A DNA stretch of 64,000 nt from Eledone cirrhosa (GCA_964016885.1 OZ024741.1:123566001-123630000); one strand, 5' to 3'; positions 12,692 through 28,680 are shown, numbered from the stretch's first letter. Notes: generated by a model not told the origin, from the letters alone. Translations and numbers: made by a program.

Positions 12692-12742
12692 AGTTTAAGC
12701 AAAGAATCGCTGCTTTCACCCTTAACGGGATCTTCTGAAACT
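12692..12742 (-). ncRNA. Hammerhead-fold motif with non-canonical CAGAAGA core in PLE1 pseudo-LTR
   Basis: AGUUU-CAGAAGA-U-CCC(GUUAA)GGG-U-GAAA-GCA..UGC-UU-AAACU; also at 12305-12355 (-) and 30467-30517 (+). Confidence 0.65.
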
Positions 12743-13636
12743 AACAAAGTCAATCTGTAAACGCAGAACTGGATATTTCAAAAAACGTTGCAACCGGAGG
12801 AAGACAGGAAGACGATACTTTGGTTCATGGTGACGTTCGCTGGCAAAGAACGGGAAAAAACGAATAATACGTCATTAATAGGAGCGGTGAAAAATAATTA
12901 CGTGCAAGGACAGTACCACGTTTATGGTATAAAAGAGGTCGTAGACTAATGTTCTCTAAGTGGTGCATAGAGACGTTCTCTGGCAATGAACGAAAAAACG
13001 AAGATAATAAGTCATATGTGGAGCGTGGAGAACAATAGCGTGCAAAGACAAAACCACGTAAATGGTATAGCAGAAGTCGTAGACTAAAATTCTAACTAGG
13101 AGACCGAATGAATCTCCGCTACAGAGTTAAGAACAAAACAAATAAATACAATACAGAAGTAATAGGAACAAATAAATACATACACGCAAACAGATACGTA
13201 CATACACAAGCATACGCATAACCTTACCATAGGTATACAAAACCACGCACATATAAATATGTGTATGTGTGTATGCTTGTGTACAAATAAATAAATAATT
13301 ATATAAACGTATATAAGTAAATAAATACGTATATAACAAGCGCACACACATACCTACAAATAAATACATGAAGGTTCGGAGACGTAAGTCAACTAAAACA
13401 AGAAGTACACATATACACACACCCACCATACGTACGAACCTGCATACTCACGCAGACGCAAAACTCCCATATACACATAACCAAGCCCTAAATACCAGAA
13501 TATGTAAAAATTATACGCCAAAACAGTCAAATATACGTACGAGAAGGTATACATACCTTCACAAAACATACAGGTAATATATACTTACCTATGCAAAAAG
13601 TAAAGGAATAAACAAAACATATACTTAGCTCCCACA

Positions 13637-14400
13637 TCAAGACGTAAATATCCAAGTATAGATCGTGCTATCGTTAGGGTATAACGTAGGGCTGTAATAC
13701 AGGAAAGTTTTGTGCAATTTATGTTTACAAGCCGAAATTGCCTCAGATTTTTTGTTTAAGATGTGGTCTGTGGCGTAGAATATTTCCAGGGCCTCAGCGG
13801 CGCAAAGGTCACATGGTCTTTTATTTCCGTTATATGATCTAGCCCTAGCTAGGATCTCCCAGTGTAACTTATATTGGGTGTGGTTGTCTTTTAGACTCCA
13901 GATATAAGCTGAAAGAGACGTCATATTCCTTCTTAGAGGGTAACGAAAAGAATGGGTATGCATGTAAAGACGCTGCTTGAAACTATTGGCGGTTAACCCT
14001 ATGTAGGCCCTACGGGACGTGGGTGTTACAACCTTACATTTGTAGACAATGTTACTAGAGAGGCATTTCCCGGATAGGGGACAATCAGCCCGATTCCTAC
14101 AATTACAGTTAGTACTAACTACAGGGTTGCACGTGTTACTACGGCTAGGTATTTTAGCTAAATTTGAAGCTGTGATGTTATGTGCAAGGTTAGGAGTTGT
14201 TGAGTAAGAAATGTTAATAGTGTTTCTATTAAAAATGTTACTATATTTATGTGTAGGGGGAAAATGCTTCGTAATAAGGGAAAGAAAGATCTTAGCTAAT
14301 GGTGTGGCCACCTCCATATTATATGGTGGGTTAAACCAACAAATGCGACGGGATCTATTTCTTCTAGGTCTATTCTCGTACTCTGTATATGCTACCTTCT
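13637..14400 (-). CDS. PLE C-terminal region: linker, CxCx5Cx5C motif and GIY-YIG endonuclease (open frame, 5'-truncated)
   Basis: WFNPPYN..CNCRNRADCPLSGKC..IVY..YIG..FKQR..H..CDLC..E..LNKKSE..CKH; no internal stop. Confidence 0.88.
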
Positions 14401-14430
14401 TGCTTAAACTTTAATCTGTTATTTTAATAA

Positions 14431-14435
14431 ATATA

Positions 14436-14473
<38 letters not shown>

Positions 14474-14490
14474 CATATATATATACATAC

Positions 14491-14527
<37 letters not shown>

Positions 14528-14755
14528 CATATATATATACATACATATATATATATACATATATATATACATATATATACATACATATACATATACACAT
14601 ATATACATACATATACATATACATACAATATATATACATATACATACATATATGTATATATATATATATATATACATATATATAAGTATATATATATATA
14701 TACATATATATACATACATATACATATACATACAATATATATACATATACATACA

Positions 14756-14793
<38 letters not shown>

Positions 14794-14799
14794 TATAAG

Positions 14800-14831
<32 letters not shown>

Positions 14832-14970
14832 CATACATATATGTATATATATATATATACATACATATATATAAGTATATATATATATACATATATATAT
14901 ACATACATATATGTATATATATATATACATACATATATATATATATACATACATATATATATATACATAC

Positions 14971-15025
<55 letters not shown>

Positions 15026-15061
15026 CATACATACATATATATATATATACATATATATAAG

Positions 15062-15093
<32 letters not shown>

Positions 15094-15166
15094 CATACAT
15101 ATATGTATATATATATATACATACATATATATATATATACATACAAATATATATATACATACATAC

Positions 15167-15197
<31 letters not shown>

Positions 15198-15376
15198 CAT
15201 ACATACATATATATATATATATACATACATATATATATATATTCATACATATATATATACATACATATATATATACATACATATATATATATATATATAC
15301 ATACATATATATATATATACATACATATATATATATATACATACATATATATATATATACATACATATATATATAT

Positions 15377-15429
<53 letters not shown>

Positions 15430-15435
15430 CATACA

Positions 15436-15489
<54 letters not shown>

Positions 15490-15818
15490 TATATACATAC
15501 ATATATATATATATACATACATACATATATATATATATATACATATATATATACATATACATATATATATATATACATATATATATACATATACATATAT
15601 ATATATATACATATATATACATATACATATATATATATACATACATATATATATACATATACATACATATATATATATATACATATATATATACATATAT
15701 ATATACATATACATACATATATATATATATATATACATATATATATACATACATATATACATACATATATATATATATATAAATATATACATATATATAT
15801 ACATACATATATATATAC

Positions 15819-15885
<67 letters not shown>

Positions 15886-15992
15886 CATATATATATACAT
15901 ATATATACATACATATACATATACATACAATATATATACATATACATACATATATGTATATATATATATATATATATACATATATATATAAG

Positions 15993-16024
<32 letters not shown>

Positions 16025-16139
16025 CATACATATATGTATATATATATATACATACATATATATAAGTATATATATATATACATATATATATACATACATA
16101 TATGTATATATATATATATATACATACATATATATATAT

Positions 16140-16184
<45 letters not shown>

Positions 16185-16185
16185 C

Positions 16186-16246
<61 letters not shown>

Positions 16247-16439
16247 CATATATATAAGTATATATATATATACATATATATATATATACATACATATATG
16301 TATATATATATATACATACATATATATATACATACATATATATATACATACATATATATATATACATATATACATACATATATATATACATACATATATA
16401 TATATACATACATACATATATATATATATATACATATAT

Positions 16440-16494
<55 letters not shown>

Positions 16495-16504
16495 CATACA
16501 TACG

Positions 16505-16576
<72 letters not shown>

Positions 16577-16585
16577 CATACATAC

Positions 16586-16684
<99 letters not shown>

Positions 16685-16747
16685 CATACATACATACATA
16701 TATATATATACATATATATATACATATACATATATATATATATATAC

Positions 16748-16790
<43 letters not shown>

Positions 16791-17281
16791 TATATACATA
16801 TACATATATATATACATACATATATATATATATATACATATATATATACATATACATATATATATATATATATACATATATATACATGTACATATATATA
16901 TATACATACATATATATATACATATACATACATATATATATATATATATACATATAGATATACATATATATATACATATACATACATATATATATATATA
17001 TACATATATATATACATATATATACATATATATATATACATATATATATATACATATATATATACATACATATATATATATATATATACATATATATATA
17101 CATACATATATACATACATATATATATATATATATACATATATATATACATATATATATACATACATATATACATACATATATATATACATATATATATA
17201 CATATATATATACATACATATATATATACATATATATATACATATATATATACATATATATATATATACATATATATATAC

Positions 17282-17312
<31 letters not shown>

Positions 17313-17577
17313 CATATATACATACATATATATATATATAGACATATATATATACATACATATATATATACATATATATATACATACATATATATATATA
17401 TACATATATATATACATATATATATACATACATATATATATGCATACATATATATATATACATACATATATATATATACATACATATATATATACATACA
17501 TATATATATACATACATATATATATACATACATATATATATACATACATATATATATACATACATATATATATACAT

Positions 17578-17622
<45 letters not shown>

Positions 17623-17696
17623 CATATATAAAGAAAAAGAGATGAAATCGAAAATGCAACTGGAGTCTTTTTTTTTTTTTTTAAATATATATATCT

Positions 17697-17727
<31 letters not shown>

Positions 17728-17769
17728 CGCACGCACGCACACGCACGCACGCACGCACGCACACGCACG

Positions 17770-17850
<81 letters not shown>

Positions 17851-17860
17851 ATGTATATGA
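14431..17860. repeat. ~3.4-kb compound (TA)n/(TACA)n microsatellite with internal block duplications, then (CACG)n/(CA)n
   Basis: Direct reading; recurrent ataagtat and tacaatat landmarks. Confidence 0.95.
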
Positions 17861-19249
17861 GTATTTGTATGTGTGTGTTTTAAACAGTGGAGTAAGAAAA
17901 GCAGTAGAGATGTATATACTGTTTTACTATAATTTTACTAGGCAAACATACCAGCTGCTTTAAAACCGCACATCATATCTGCTGGCCTCGTTTAAAACCA
18001 AGATGATTTGATTTCTATAAATCGGTTGAGTGCGGAGTATGCGTGAAAAGGAAACGGTACATAGGACATTAATACAGATATATAAATAGACACTTGAACA
18101 AGTCACAGCAAACCAATGTAACACAATCAAGTAACCAATAATAAAGAAAACAAATCACCCACTCCGGACCTACCCTACGGCACACACATAAAAGAATAAC
18201 TACTCCTACCAGAATTATATCTGAATCACACCTCCATGCATGACAAAAACAAACAAATTCCTATTACGGACGTCATCAGACTGGAACTGTCTTATAAGTA
18301 TATGTAGCAAATCTATATCAGTAATACGCCTAAAATGAAATGCCCCAGTATGGCCGCAAGCTAATGAATGAACTGTGTTAGGAAATGTTATGAATTGATA
18401 TTAGTTACTACCTCTCATTGTCTATTATTTTGTTACTGTTGTTGTTACTCTTAATTCTAAACCGCAACGCCAATTGTAGACCAACCACTATCGCCCACGT
18501 CAGGTTTTCTTTGTTTTTATTATTAAGTAGTTGAAAGCAGTTTTTTAAGGTCACATCGTCTGTTTTATTCAGCTAAATATCTCATGATAAAGTAATTGCC
18601 TATTTCTCTACTTAGATGGGTATTTGACTTACATATAAAGGACACAATAGCGTGGGTGTAATGTGTGCTGGAGTGTGGCTTGGATTAATGCGGCTTGTGT
18701 GTTCGTTGTAAGTATTTGCCTTTAAAGTACTATGTACTTGAGTCAGATGTACACTGTGCTGGTGTTAGTTTTATTGCTGTCTTTTTTTTTTTTTGCTGGC
18801 CGTTTACAATTTCGTTCAAGACTGCTGAGAATCTAAGCGATAAGCCTAACAATGAATGAATACAGCTTCAATGAATCTCTTTACAGTGGGGGCCTTGTGA
18901 AAATCATACACACCAACCCCGCATCAGTGCATTACATAGACATTCCGAGTAGTATAAAATCAATATCCTACAAGAAACAAAGTGATGACGCTTCGATCTC
19001 AGCAGATGAAGACTGGGTCAAAATGGTAATCTACAAAATATCCGATATTTCTGAATTAACCTACTTGCAACATTTTCTCCAATGACACACGCCGAGAAAC
19101 ATTCCCAAGTCCTACGTACTTGGAGATATAACCCAAACCAAACATCAATTAGCTTAATAAAAACATTAGCTCAACAAACCAAGATGGTGACCGGTCTAGA
19201 ATTTCTTCTCCATGTGATACTCGACAATGTGTGCTACAGATACAACCTC

Positions 19250-19830
19250 CTCTTCATTTAGTATAGTGTCATCCAATTTAACTTGCATTGAGTCCAGCTT
19301 CGTGAGTGCAGTGTAACATGCGTATATTAAGAGGACCTTCCTGTACCACACTCAACACGTCTTTCCACTATTATTTATTCTGCATCAATGGCTCAAGAGT
19401 TAAATAATTCAGGATCTCTAATAATGATGAAACTAGCTGGCCTGAGATCCTTTGATTATGACTGTTCGTAAAATATGTGTATCAATCTGAACGATTTCAA
19501 ATGCCACCGATTCCACATAATTTCCGCAGGTGTTATCATAGGAAGTAGAGGTTGTCATGAATAGAACCGTCAGAGACTGTGCGGGCGTTTGCACTCATGA
19601 ATACACTACCAATTGCAAGTGCCAATTTATTTGCGAACACCTTGGCCAAAATCATAATCTCTACGTTTAAACGAACTGTAGACTGATAATTGTTAGTGAT
19701 AACCCCGTGTATGTTCCTTTCCTTAGCAACACTAACACCTTGCGGCAAAAGCAGATAGGGTACAGGGACTGTTTGTTGCCAATTTTGATAGACGTCTGCC
19801 GGGAGATGGTGGGATCAGTTTGGCATACAT
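19250..19830 (-). pseudogene. Highly decayed Tx1/L1-type RT fragment
   Basis: RLNVEIMILAKVFANKLAL..SIHDNLYFL resembles the RT at 49650-49860. Confidence 0.55.
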
Positions 19831-20276
19831 CCAACTACAAATACACATGTAATATAAAACAAAGTCTATAGAGTAAAGTGTGTGATATTGTGACCTAAGA
19901 AATGATAATTTAATTGTATAGTCTGTCGGGTATAACATAGATGTGGCCGGAAGATAATAGTAAAATGGATATATAGACGAATTAAACATTGTTATTAATG
20001 CCAGTAGATGGTTAGAGGCTATAAAACGTCGAGCATAGCAAAGGTATATTCTGAATTCAAATCACAGGAGTCTCAATATTTAGCATTTCGTTTCATTTCA
20101 ATGAATGATATAAGTAGAAATAGTATCACGGAAAGACATGTATCTCATTCAATGTGTTGGTAGTTTTTGTAATACTTCTTTAATTAAGTAAGTTAGCTAT
20201 AGCTCAACCGGAACTTTGTTTTTAAACCTATATATTTAATTTCTTGTCACTTTGAAAGAAGAAAAATCATTTCGCC

Positions 20277-20354
<78 letters not shown>

Positions 20355-20454
20355 TATATATCGACAGTCGATCGACATTTGTAAAATCGGACTGAAGAAA
20401 CAGTGTTTCCGTTGGTCTTTCCAATTGCTAATACTATGTATCGGTCGCAACTCC

Positions 20455-20558
20455 AGGTAGAAGGAGCAACGTGAAATACAATGTATTGCATAACGCATTG
20501 TCCCGTCCAGTAATCGAACTCAGAACCTCTCGATTGCGAATCCAATCCTCTAACCACT
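20455..20558 (-). mobile_element. tRNA-derived SINE head (second family)
   Basis: Minus: agtggttagag..gagttcgatt..tatttcacgttgctcc; related copy near 58860-58970 (+). Confidence 0.55.
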
Positions 20559-20612
20559 CACCCAGAGAGAAAGGGAAAGAAAAAGAGAAAGAGAGAGAGA
20601 GAGTGAGAGAGA

Positions 20613-20670
<58 letters not shown>

Positions 20671-21172
20671 ATGGACAGAAAGCCAGATCGTTTGCGTGTA
20701 TTTGTGTGTATATGTTTTATTTTATGTAAGACATAAATAGCATATATACAAAAACAGCAATATATATTGTAGTTAGGTAGATATTTATTATTCTCCATGC
20801 TTAAATGATTCTCAATAAGCGTAAACTATCTCTAATCAAAAGTAAGATTTTTGAAGTCATAGGAAGATTCTATCTCTTGCTTTGAGCTGTTTTACAATTT
20901 GATTTCTAAATCCTAAAAGGAAGTTACATACATTAAATATTACCTGGCAAGCTTTAAAAATATATGAAGTGTGGCATGGGATAGTTTATTCATGAGATGC
21001 ATGGTTTGGTATCTTTGCAGCTGAGTTAATTTCATATATCAAGTGAATATAAAACTATCAATACCTAGGGATGAAGGATGTAATATGTAATATCACTCTC
21101 GTATTAGAAAAATGTATGAAATATATGTGCACCTACAAAAGTATATTACACACACATTTATGTATTTCTACG

Positions 21173-21256
<84 letters not shown>

Positions 21257-21264
21257 TATATATG

Positions 21265-21345
21265 TACCCACTCTATTACCCTAAGTATTGAGTACTCTGG
21301 TGCTTTATGGTCCGCCTTGTATCTTACCCCAACCTCTTTGTTATA
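21265..21345 (+). mobile_element. 3' tip of PLE2-family pseudo-LTR between TA tracts
   Basis: tacccactctattaccctaagtattgagta..gttata matches 34948-35027. Confidence 0.7.
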
Positions 21346-21519
21346 TATATAATGTTATATATATAAATGAATATTTAAAAATCTACGAGCGAAAGCGATA
21401 GGTTTGAAGGCCAAAGCAATAACATTAAATGTATAAAGCAAACGAGAAATCAGCTATGGTACACGTATTAAAATACGACACACGCACATATACACACATA
21501 CAAAATACACAGAACCCCC

Positions 21520-21529
21520 CCACACACAC

Positions 21530-21562
<33 letters not shown>

Positions 21563-21567
21563 CACAC

Positions 21568-21600
<33 letters not shown>

Positions 21601-21670
21601 TACACACATATATATATATATATATAACTGTTTCATTCATTAGAAATCATCAGGATGTATATATATATAT

Positions 21671-21749
<79 letters not shown>

Positions 21750-21757
21750 CACACAGA

Positions 21758-21797
<40 letters not shown>

Positions 21798-21802
21798 CAC
21801 AC

Positions 21803-21835
<33 letters not shown>

Positions 21836-21868
21836 CACACATATATATATGTATATATATATATACAC

Positions 21869-21905
<37 letters not shown>

Positions 21906-21912
21906 CACACAC

Positions 21913-21945
<33 letters not shown>

Positions 21946-21950
21946 CACAC

Positions 21951-21981
<31 letters not shown>

Positions 21982-21986
21982 TACAC

Positions 21987-22018
<32 letters not shown>

Positions 22019-22071
22019 GTATATATATATATACACACATATACATATATATATATGTATATATATATATA

Positions 22072-22141
<70 letters not shown>

Positions 22142-22230
22142 CATGTATGTATATATATATGTATATATCCTCCGCATAATTACTTGAGCATACAATCATA
22201 TAAAAGCTATAAAGTCATGTATATACGTGA

Positions 22231-22280
<50 letters not shown>
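21520..22280. repeat. Compound (TA)/(CA)/(TG) microsatellite containing a 30-bp hammerhead-core fragment at 21626-21655
   Basis: Minus strand reads CCUGAUGA-uuucuaaugaau-GAAACAGUU. Confidence 0.85.
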
Positions 22281-22282
<2 letters not shown>

Positions 22283-23699
22283 TCATTCAGTCAACATAAA
22301 CATAAAACTTTCTAACCAAAGCTTATATCGGTTTACCGTTTGTACAACAAAGTGAGTGACAAATTACGATTCTAAATTAATATCTGCCCATACAGACATC
22401 GCTTAACCTGTAATTCATGATGACGACATAAGGGCGCCATACTGTCATATGGCGTTCCTTAGCGGCGCCCATCTCCTTGCAAGGTCTGTACACAGCTGAT
22501 TCTTTCTTCAGCGAAGAAGAGAATGTGACAGAGAGAGAATTAAAGAAAGAGATATTCAAGAAGAATCGACCACAGTATTGGGTTCGTACTTTTTTATCGA
22601 CCTCGAAATGCTGAAAGCAAAGTTGACATCGGCGGTGAAGACAGCCAGAATGAATACCACAAAGCATTCTATCCGACGTTCTAATAACTGCCTATCCTCA
22701 TACAACTTACTCACTAATAAATATCCAGCCACCCATCCAGATTCGCTCAAGTCCTGGTGTAGTCACAGTCGTTCCGTCATTATATTCAAAGTGCCTAGGG
22801 CATGTCAAACTTGGTTGCGCCCATCAGCCCGGTTAAAAAAGACAGATTTCTGAGTGAGAGAGAGAGAGAGAGAGTGATTGAAAGAAATAGAGATACTGAT
22901 TGGTCGCGCAACGACTTCAGTACTGAACTGATAGTTTATGTGTTGATCATGGAACGATGGAAGTTAAAAATCACTTTCGGCGCGGTTTCAACTCCAGACG
23001 TTACGAACAAACACTTCAATCATTTTAGCCGACCTTCTAACCACAACCACACCAGTCCGTCACCTACACATGAAGAAAATCGCTGTTTTTATATGGAGAT
23101 CCATCATTTCCGATGATGAGCTCTCCAGTTAATTCAATCAGTAGAACAGCTCGCTTATGAAAGTATCGTGCAGATGACTGCTTATAACATAGACACTTGT
23201 AGTGCTAAGAACCATTTCAGGAGAATTGAGCGTAAAAATATGTGACAAGTCTGACCCCATGTATTACAGCTACAATGTTCTTATATAAATAGTGTAAACT
23301 GGAACAACTTGATATAAAGTCCCTTGCTCCAAGACACCACACACCACCAGGTCTGGAAATTGGAATACCAACCCTATGATGAGGAGCACAGCACCTAAAT
23401 AAATAGCGCATCCACCTTCACTAGACATGAATACGTCTACTATAATAATGGTTTCTCATTTAAGCACAAGACCAGTGATTTTAGAGCGCGGGTAAAGTTA
23501 ATTTAATCAACCTTAAAACTTGAATCGACTAGCATGTGAAAACGCCGACCACATACATCTTTCATCTATAGATAGATTCGAACACAGAATACAAAAAGGC
23601 GGAACAAATGCCACGAAATATTTTGATTTTCCATCACCCTTGTCTGCAGCAATAATGTTTTCTGATTCAGGAATATGCCAAAAATGTGAGGATTAATCG

Positions 23700-23744
<45 letters not shown>

Positions 23745-25510
23745 CAGGTAAAGAGGCAGGCTGTGTGATTACTGAAAACAAAGTGTAAGAAGGTAATGGG
23801 GACGTGAACAAGAGAAGAAAAGTTGCCCTTCATCAGCTGTTTACTACGGATCATAGATGTTTCGGCGCTTAAAACAGGCCATCAAAAGGTCATGGGGGGA
23901 AAGAAGTGAAAGTGAAGAGAAAGGAAGAAAAAAAAAGGGAAATATGAAAAAACGAAGTACACATACCGAATAGAAGGAGGATGACAGGACAATAGCACAT
24001 GTAAGTAACCGATGAGAAAATAGAATAAGTTATACTGTACCGATGGGCCTGCAATGAGACGACAGTAAATAACATTATGCTGGTGGAGCATTGAACCTTT
24101 GATTGCAAAGCGACCAATTTCTTAACCATTTCTTAATCATTTCTATATATATATAATAGCAATAAATAAAACATGCCTATATGCTACTAACATAGAATAC
24201 CATTTTTAATTGTGGTCACCTCCCGATATACATGGGAAATTCACTTATAATTAAACCTCCAGCTGGGTCCTAAACAACCATTGTTACTGAAAATGAACAA
24301 TGAAAAACATCCCCAGACATTTCTAATGATTTCTTACGAATGAAACCATGCTAGTCCTGTAGAAATAATTTCTATAATAAAATAGATAAATATGTATATA
24401 TCTATGTATTAATGTGTGTGTCTGACTGTTTGTTTGTTTGTCTGTCTGTTCGTGTATGTGTGTGGGTGCGTGGATGTGTATATTCTTATGTTTATGCGTT
24501 TAATAAATAAGCAAAACATAACGTTTGTAATAAAGGGTAACCAATGATGGATTACGAAATGTGTACATTTGCTATATAGGCTTGATTTTGCATATATGTA
24601 GCATCCAATAGAAATTTCACAGAAAATATGTCTATTAATTCTGTGGTGTCATTCACTTTAATATCGGCGTTGTATTTCTGCATAAAACAGCTACTTCTAT
24701 ACACAGAACACATTAAATATATTTCCATTTAAACGAATATACATTTTCATAAATGCTTAACTGATTCTCTATAAGCTTACGCTATCCATCCAGGTGAATG
24801 TGATATATTTAAAGCATATGAATATTTTTCTTCGTCAGGCTTTGGCTGGTTTCTCAAATTGGTTTCAAAATATTAAATGTTTTAAATACCATTGTGAGAA
24901 AAAATGTATTACATAACGAGATACATTGAATGATTTCTGGAAAGTTGCAGTAAAAACACATATAATGGTTGGTATGTGATATGCTTTTATTGATAAACGT
25001 TGCATAATTGCATGTGTGAGTATCTGTGCGCGTGTGCACCTGCATATATAAACATCCTGAGTTTTATCACCATGCGTAGATTATTGGGAAACTAATATTT
25101 ACCGTAGCCTCGGAAAGATCTAAGTCTTGTGGGCGAAATTGTGTTGACGGAAACTATCTATCCATCGATCTAGAGAGAAACAAATGAGAAAGAAAGAGGG
25201 AGAGAAAGACAGACACAAAGAGAGAGATTTATTATAAACGCCCATGTGCTATCATATAGTTAATTATTAATTATATTGCAATTTTGTTGTGTATTCACCC
25301 ACAACTCATAATCAAAACGCAACATAATAACTGAAAAAGATCAGTGAAATGTACAATATCAATAACTACCTGTGTGTACTGAGGCAATACTGGATTTAAC
25401 CGAAGGCAGCAATGGTTATGTGAACATATCCATTTATACATAGGCATGTAAACATGTCATTTTTACACATCGTCAAATCCATGTTCAATTTACGTGTATC
25501 ATTATATAAA

Positions 25511-26016
25511 TCTTAACTATAATAAAGAAGGAGTGCGGGATTGCGTCCAGAATATATTTTTTTAGCCCGTTTGTAAAATAAGTTGGATTACTTTGAATAA
25601 ATAATGAATGAATATTACATAATTTATGTGCTAAATTTCGTGGCTGTTGATTAAATATAATTTATAGCTTATTTAAAGACCTTTAAAATTCACTTCTTTA
25701 AAATTTTCAAATTTCAACGCTTCGGGTTAGCGGCCGTTATATTATAACACTTATAAAAATATAGCATATATTTCCATCGCTAATTTTCTCCTAATGCAGT
25801 TTATATATAATACCGCCTTTTTTAAAATGTATCGTGGATTACGTTACTGATTACAAAAGACAGTGTAACAAAGACTTCGTTCTATTTCTGTGTATATTGT
25901 CAATTACAATTTTATTTGACGTATCATATCTACATGCATATATACTTGTGTATAATATCAATATACATACTACACATACTAGCAGAAAACCACCCTACGG
26001 GTGGTTCTTTTGCTAG
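25511..26016 (+). mobile_element. Non-autonomous Helitron
   Basis: A|TC start; subterminal hairpin aaccaccc-tac-gggtggtt; CTAG|T end; second copy at 45806-46378. Confidence 0.8.
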
Positions 26017-26637
26017 TGCATATAATTCTCTCGCAGTTTCGGTGCAATATTTTGTAAAGAGGCTCATTTATATGTACAGACGTCACCAAAGGATAGAACA
26101 GAAACAGTTAAAACAGTATGTAGAAACGTGGTCGACAAAATATATAAACAAGTATACAAATTAACAATGTGTATTGGGAATATTTGCCCGCATTTCAAAC
26201 AGAAGAGATCTGGCATGTCATTATTTGATAAATCATTATCAAAACTTAAGAAACGAAAGAAAATATTTAAGAAGAGAAAAGTGCGCGAATGGTACAAATT
26301 CGTATAGGAAATGTGATTAAAATATTTACTTGATGAACGGGATATATTTCTATCGTTAGGACAGGAAGTAGGCAAATAAAAAAGGTGGCACAAATAGCAG
26401 ATATGTATGAGAAGCAGGGGTGAATTGTGTGGTTATATGAATTCATAGGGACAAAGAAAGAGAGGAAAAGAGGGAGAAAGAGAAAGATAGGAGTGAGAAA
26501 GGAAGGAAAGGAAGACAGAGAAGGAAATAGAGGGATAAAGGATATGTTTGTAAAAGTGTACCGGGAGTACTTATCCGTGGATTAAGTGATTTGCAACCCA
26601 TTATTTAATGACGACAAATCAACATTGATCTTTTATC

Positions 26638-27432
26638 CAAGTCTTTTAACGAAATACTAAACAAAGAGCTGATAAATACATGTTTGTTATATATAAAAGA
26701 AAATAGATAAATGCAAGTATAGGTTCAATGTATTTTTTGCACGATTTAGGCTAAATGCGGTTTTACTGTGGCTCGAAATTTCAAAATATTTATGAAAAAT
26801 AAATTATATAGTAGCATCTCTGTGTAATGTTGAGCGAACAAATGAACACTCATTTCTCGAAGGACAATCCATTCACACTGTTGTATATATATATACTAGT
26901 ATTCAATGACATACTTATGGTTATATGCATACACACATGTACAATCACGCACAATCACGCACATACACACACACATACATATATACATATATACATATAT
27001 ATATATATATGCGTGTAAAATACATCAATTATGTATACAAGTCTTTTAACGAAATACTAAACAAAGAGCTGATAAATACATGTTTGTTATATATAAAAGA
27101 AAATAGATAAATGCAAGTATAGGTTCAATGTATTTTTTGCACGATTTAGGCTAAATGCGGTTTTACTGTGGCTCGAAATTTCAAAATATTTATGAAAAAT
27201 AAATTATATAGTAGCATCTCTGTGTAATGTTGAGTGAACAAATGAACACTCATTTCTCGAAAGACAATCCATTCACACTGTTGTATATATATATACTAGT
27301 ATTCAATGACATACTTATGGTTATATGCATACACACATGTACAATCACGCACAATCACGCACATACACACACACATACATATATACATATATACATATAT
27401 ATATGCGTGTAAAATACATCAATTATGTATAC
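26638..27432. repeat. 400-bp direct tandem duplication (2 near-identical copies)
   Basis: caagtcttttaacgaaatac at 26638 and 27038; a few substitutions and a TA-length difference. Confidence 0.9.
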
Positions 27433-27646
27433 ATATATATATATAGAGAGAGAGATATGTGTATGTGATTATGCCTATATACATATAGATATGTGTATGT
27501 GGTTATGCGTATATACATATAACTATAAGTATTTCATTCAATACCAGTGTGTGTAATAGGCTGAGCAATTTTATAACATTAATCTTTTGAAATGCCGAAC
27601 CACTCTCTCTGAAATCTCTAGCTGAACACAGGTATTTCTAACGAGC

Positions 27647-27728
<82 letters not shown>

Positions 27729-27773
27729 ATACATATATATATATATAACACACACATACACATACAAATTCAC

Positions 27774-27806
<33 letters not shown>

Positions 27807-28419
27807 TATATACACATACATACATATACATATATGGTTATTGGGAAATATACACATATATATATGTATGTGTATATTTCCCGATAACCATATAATTTCC
27901 TAGTTGATTCTAGCAGAAATTATTACCAGTGATGCATTAATGAAATATCCTGTGTAAGAAATATCCAAATATATAGGAAGCCAATTTCATATAAAAAAAT
28001 GTAACTCTATACAAATTCTATAAATATATTATATAGCAATATTGCTATAAATATATATTACAAGAAACCCGCAAAAATATTTGAAGAATTTTTGACATTC
28101 TTTCATATTTGTTACTGTTATTTTATTCTTATTGAAAGGTGAAACATCAAGTTAAACCTAATATTTATTAACCATTATTCTCCGTTTCAACATATCAGAA
28201 GTTACCTGTCACTTCTACCATTAGCAATTTTTTTTCTATCGTGTATTTTTTGTTGTACGATTGCGATTCTATTCCTTATATTAATTTATTTATTTACTAT
28301 TTTGTAATTACGTACATAGGCACATACAAACTCACAAAGACACACAAACACTCGCTCACACACACATATATGTGTTTGTATTTTTCTATCCCTGTGTTTG
28401 GTTTGTTTCATTTCACAGC

Positions 28420-28476
<57 letters not shown>

Positions 28477-28594
28477 CATATGTATTGGATGGAATATGTA
28501 ATACCAATAAAACACCATACAGCTTATTTCTTATATAGATACGCCAGAGTAACTGTTATACGGAACGATATGCTGATGTATTATTATATTGGAA

Positions 28595-28680
<86 letters not shown>

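Larger units (their letters stand above)
12669..14431 (-). mobile_element. 5'-truncated Penelope-like retroelement (PLE1) with inverted pseudo-LTR fragment at its 5' junction
   Basis: GIY-YIG ORF, ~950-nt 3' UTR, terminus ..cttaaactttaatctgttattttaataaat repeated in inverted orientation at 14401-14431 next to (TA)n. Confidence 0.88.

Noticed and set aside
14411-17860. ORFs up to 1082 aa of Y/I/M/C/H/T
   Set aside because: Translations of stop-free TA/CA microsatellite, not genes; the same applies to similar ORFs across the window.
18265-18290. CUGAUGA on the minus strand
   Set aside because: No appropriately placed GAAA and NUH.
20385-20495. CTGAAGA..GAAATACAATGTATT
   Set aside because: Stem I does not pair and the GAAA half belongs to an antisense SINE.
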